Assembly (NCBI GenBank): GCA_943788365.1 | Contig: CALSPZ010000001.1 | Span: forward strand, 1,070,572 to 1,134,571 | DNA: 64,000 nucleotides | Source: an uncultured SAR86 cluster bacterium | Lineage (GTDB): Bacteria; Pseudomonadota; Gammaproteobacteria; Magnimaribacterales; D2472 | Direction: 5' to 3' | Shown: one piece after another, positions 63,946-64,000 of the stretch | How positions within the stretch are numbered: the first letter of the stretch is position 1 | How the letters are laid out: every line of letters starts with the position of its first letter | Made by a program: the position numbers and the translations under genes | Notes under the pieces: generated by a model | What the model was told of the DNA's origin: nothing | The model's input: the letters and a program-made list of their open reading frames with translations, nothing else | The model's database searches: none

Positions 63946-64000
63946 TTCTTGTAATAGATAATTACGACAGCTTTACTTATAACCTTGTGCATTATATTGG
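63942..64000 (+). CDS. trpG: Anthranilate synthase component II / glutamine amidotransferase, first 19 codons (runs off the right edge)
   Basis: My own translation reads MILVIDNYDSFTYNLVHYI, the canonical TrpG/PabA N-terminus. The ATG overlaps the trpE stop (ATGA). Confidence 0.8.
   Translation, partial: MILVIDNYDSFTYNLVHYI

Noticed and set aside
1-64000. A search for CRISPR arrays, IS elements/transposases, integrases, prophage genes, toxin-antitoxin pairs or known defence systems.
   Set aside because: I saw no spaced direct-repeat arrays, no terminal inverted repeats flanking ORFs, and no recombinase, nuclease or ATPase genes of defence type. Every sizeable ORF has a housekeeping or transport assignment, or is a small membrane or secreted hypothetical.

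Overview
This is an AT-rich, very gene-dense stretch of chromosomal core from a gammaproteobacterium. G+C is roughly one third, judged by eye and not computed. Most gene junctions are under 40 nt or overlap. The family assignment rests on classic synteny blocks: lptD-surA-pdxA-rsmA-apaH, yicC-gmk-rpoZ-spoT-ridA, rph-pyrE, rpsU/tsaD, mutY-yggX, ubiC-ubiA, lgt-thyA-folA, amgK-murU and rpe...trpE-trpG. Low GC, compact genes and lost domains suggest a streamlined marine lineage such as SAR86; that is inference only. I see about 78 protein genes and one tRNA (Phe-GAA). I see no rRNA, CRISPR array, transposase, integrase, phage or recognisable defence genes.

Two genes are missing from the ORF track. 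One is a 56-aa rubredoxin at 34457-34627. The other is the 5' part of argS, which runs off the left edge (1-679, minus strand).

The most unusual locus is the only long non-coding gap, 22777-23065. It holds two near-identical ~70-nt tandem elements separated by a terminator-like hairpin. They sit between a sigma-70-like promoter and an operon encoding a divergent AlkB/XylM-type membrane di-iron oxygenase, a stand-alone plant-type 2Fe-2S ferredoxin and a 67-aa membrane protein.

Other points worth a second look:
- A eukaryote-like type II glutamine synthetase sits in the glnA slot upstream of ntrBC, with a sigma-54 promoter match and NtrC-like half-sites.
- An ACE-like M2 lipoprotein is translationally coupled to a DUF1295 membrane protein.
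- A complete six-gene TonB2-type (Ttp) cluster follows a perfect 11-bp inverted repeat.
- An orphan FTR1 iron permease lies behind a perfect 9-1-9 Fur-like palindrome.
- A membrane pyrophosphatase carries the K+-dependent, Na+-pump-type residue signature.
- LptD contains a Met/His-rich insertion.

All calls come from reading the translations and the DNA by eye. No database search or computation was run, and hand-counted coordinates of small sites may be off by 1-2 nt.
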